Translations under genes and position numbers: made by a program
From: a virus
Taxonomy: Duplodnaviria > Caudoviricetes
Strand: one strand, 5' to 3'
DNA: 64,000 nt
Virus record (IMG/VR): IMGVR_UViG_3300037440_000703
Coordinates: 1 to 64,000 of that record
Part shown: positions 62,891-64,000 of the stretch, in pieces
How the letters are laid out: each line of letters begins with the position of its first letter
How positions within the stretch are numbered: the first letter of the stretch is position 1
Notes under the pieces: model-generated
Told to the model about the DNA's origin: nothing
Seen by the model: only the letters and a program-made list of their open reading frames with translations
Databases searched by the model: none

Positions 62891-64000
62891 ATGGCCTACG
62901 ACGTCACCGACCGGTACAAACGGTCGGTCACCGCCTCCTACCAGTTCGCCGCGCACGTCGAAATCATCCGCAGCGGGGTGACCGTCGCTTCGGGGCTCCG
63001 GGTCGTCGGCGGCGACGTCCGCGCCGACGCCACCGCCGACGTCCTACGCACCTGCACGGTCGAAGTCGTCGGCCTGCCCGGCGGGCTGATCCCCACCAGC
63101 CGGCAGCGCACCCCGCTCGACATCTACGGCAACGAACTGGTCGTCCACGCCGGGATCACCTACCCGGACGGCACCAGCGAACTCGTCCCCCAAGGCGTGT
63201 TCACCATCACCGACTCGGACCTGGTGGACACCGCCGACGGGATCGCCGTCAGCCTGTCCGGGGAAGACCGGGCCGGCCGGCTCGGCGACGCGAAACTCCT
63301 CACCCCCTGGTCGACGGCCGTCGGCACCGACGCGGTCACCGCCATCCGGAACCTCGCCGAGGACCGCTACCCGGGGCTGACCGTCGTCGACCTGCTGTCC
63401 GCCGCCGACACGTTCCCCCCTCACGTCCTCGAGGAGAAGGCCGACCCGTGGGGCGACGGCATCCAAGCGTTCGCCGAAGCGGTCGGCGCGGAGGCCTACT
63501 TCGACCGGGACGGCCGGCTGGTCGTCCGTGACGTCCCCGACCCGTCGGCGCAGCCCGTCGCCTGGCAGTTCGTCGAAGGGCCGGCCAACCCGGCCACGAA
63601 GTTGGAACGCCGCTACTCCCGGTCGGCGGGCGGCGCCAACGCCGTGGTGGTCACCGGGGAGAACAGCTCCAACAGTCCGGTCCGGGCCGTGGCGATCGAC
63701 GACGACCCGGAGTCGCCCACCTACTACTACGGGTCCTACGGGCAACGCCCGGTCTGGGAAACGTCGCCGCTGGTCACCACCACCGACCAGGCGCAACGCG
63801 CCGCCGACGCCCGGCTCCGCCAGCTCGCGGGCGCCACCGAAGTGATCACCGTCTCCGGGGTGCCGAACCATGCCATCGACCCCGGCGACATAGCCCACGT
63901 CACCCGGCTGCGCTCCGGGTTCGACGACACCGTCGTCGTCCAAGCCGTCTCCCTGCCCCTGTCCTACGCGGGGGAGATCCAACTGAACTGCCGGGTGCTG
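62891..64000 (+). CDS. DUF5047-like minor tail/baseplate hub protein, truncated by the window end
   Basis: GGDV.ADA.ADV.RTC..LDIYGNEL....GITYPDGTSELVP.GVF; NAVVV.GE..A.DDDP.SPTYY.G.YG; frame open to the end. Confidence 0.8.
   Translation, partial: MAYDVTDRYKRSVTASYQFAAHVEIIRSGVTVASGLRVVGGDVRADATADVLRTCTVEVVGLPGGLIPTSRQRTPLDIYGNELVVHAGITYPDGTSELVPQGVFTITDSDLVDTADGIAVSLSGEDRAGRLGDAKLLTPWSTAVGTDAVTAIRNLAEDRYPGLTVVDLLSAADTFPPHVLEEKADPWGDGIQAFAEAVGAEAYFDRDGRLVVRDVPDPSAQPVAWQFVEGPANPATKLERRYSRSAGGANAVVVTGENSSNSPVRAVAIDDDPESPTYYYGSYGQRPVWETSPLVTTTDQAQRAADARLRQLAGATEVITVSGVPNHAIDPGDIAHVTRLRSGFDDTVVVQAVSLPLSYAGEIQLNCRVL

Noticed and set aside
1-64000. tRNA, rRNA, integrase/att sites, IS elements, lysis cassette
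   Set aside because: None recognisable by eye; tRNAscan, Rfam and the remainder of the contig would be needed to exclude them.

Overview
Very GC-rich (roughly 70% or more by eye) segment of an actinobacterial siphovirus, prophage or plasmid-phage. No integrase, repressor, replication or lysis genes are visible in the window. Layout: (i) 1-8.8 kb, + strand: Hjc-type Holliday junction resolvase, a structured non-coding segment with 22-bp tandem repeats, an FtsK/SpoIIIE (TraB-like) DNA translocase, a run of small and often membrane proteins, and a membrane-anchored HNH nuclease. (ii) 8.85-17.3 kb, - strand: about 26 translationally coupled small hypothetical genes. (iii) 17.4-64 kb, + strand: virion operon (TerS-like HGG-motif protein, TerL, portal-MuF fusion, Clp-type protease, HK97 capsid, a block of head-fibre/lectin-like genes, neck, tail tube, chaperone with GGGAAAA frameshift, 1642-aa tape measure, Dit-like, fibre and hub proteins). 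This operon is interrupted by more than 40 small genes, three free-standing endonucleases and several self-promoted moron cassettes. The most interesting signals are a TraB/Spd-like conjugal-transfer module inside a phage, recurring near-identical sequences at gene junctions suggesting cassette exchange, two divergent autoregulated morons around terL, and a duplicated PafBC-type DNA-damage promoter motif. All family assignments are by motif recognition from memory, with no database search.
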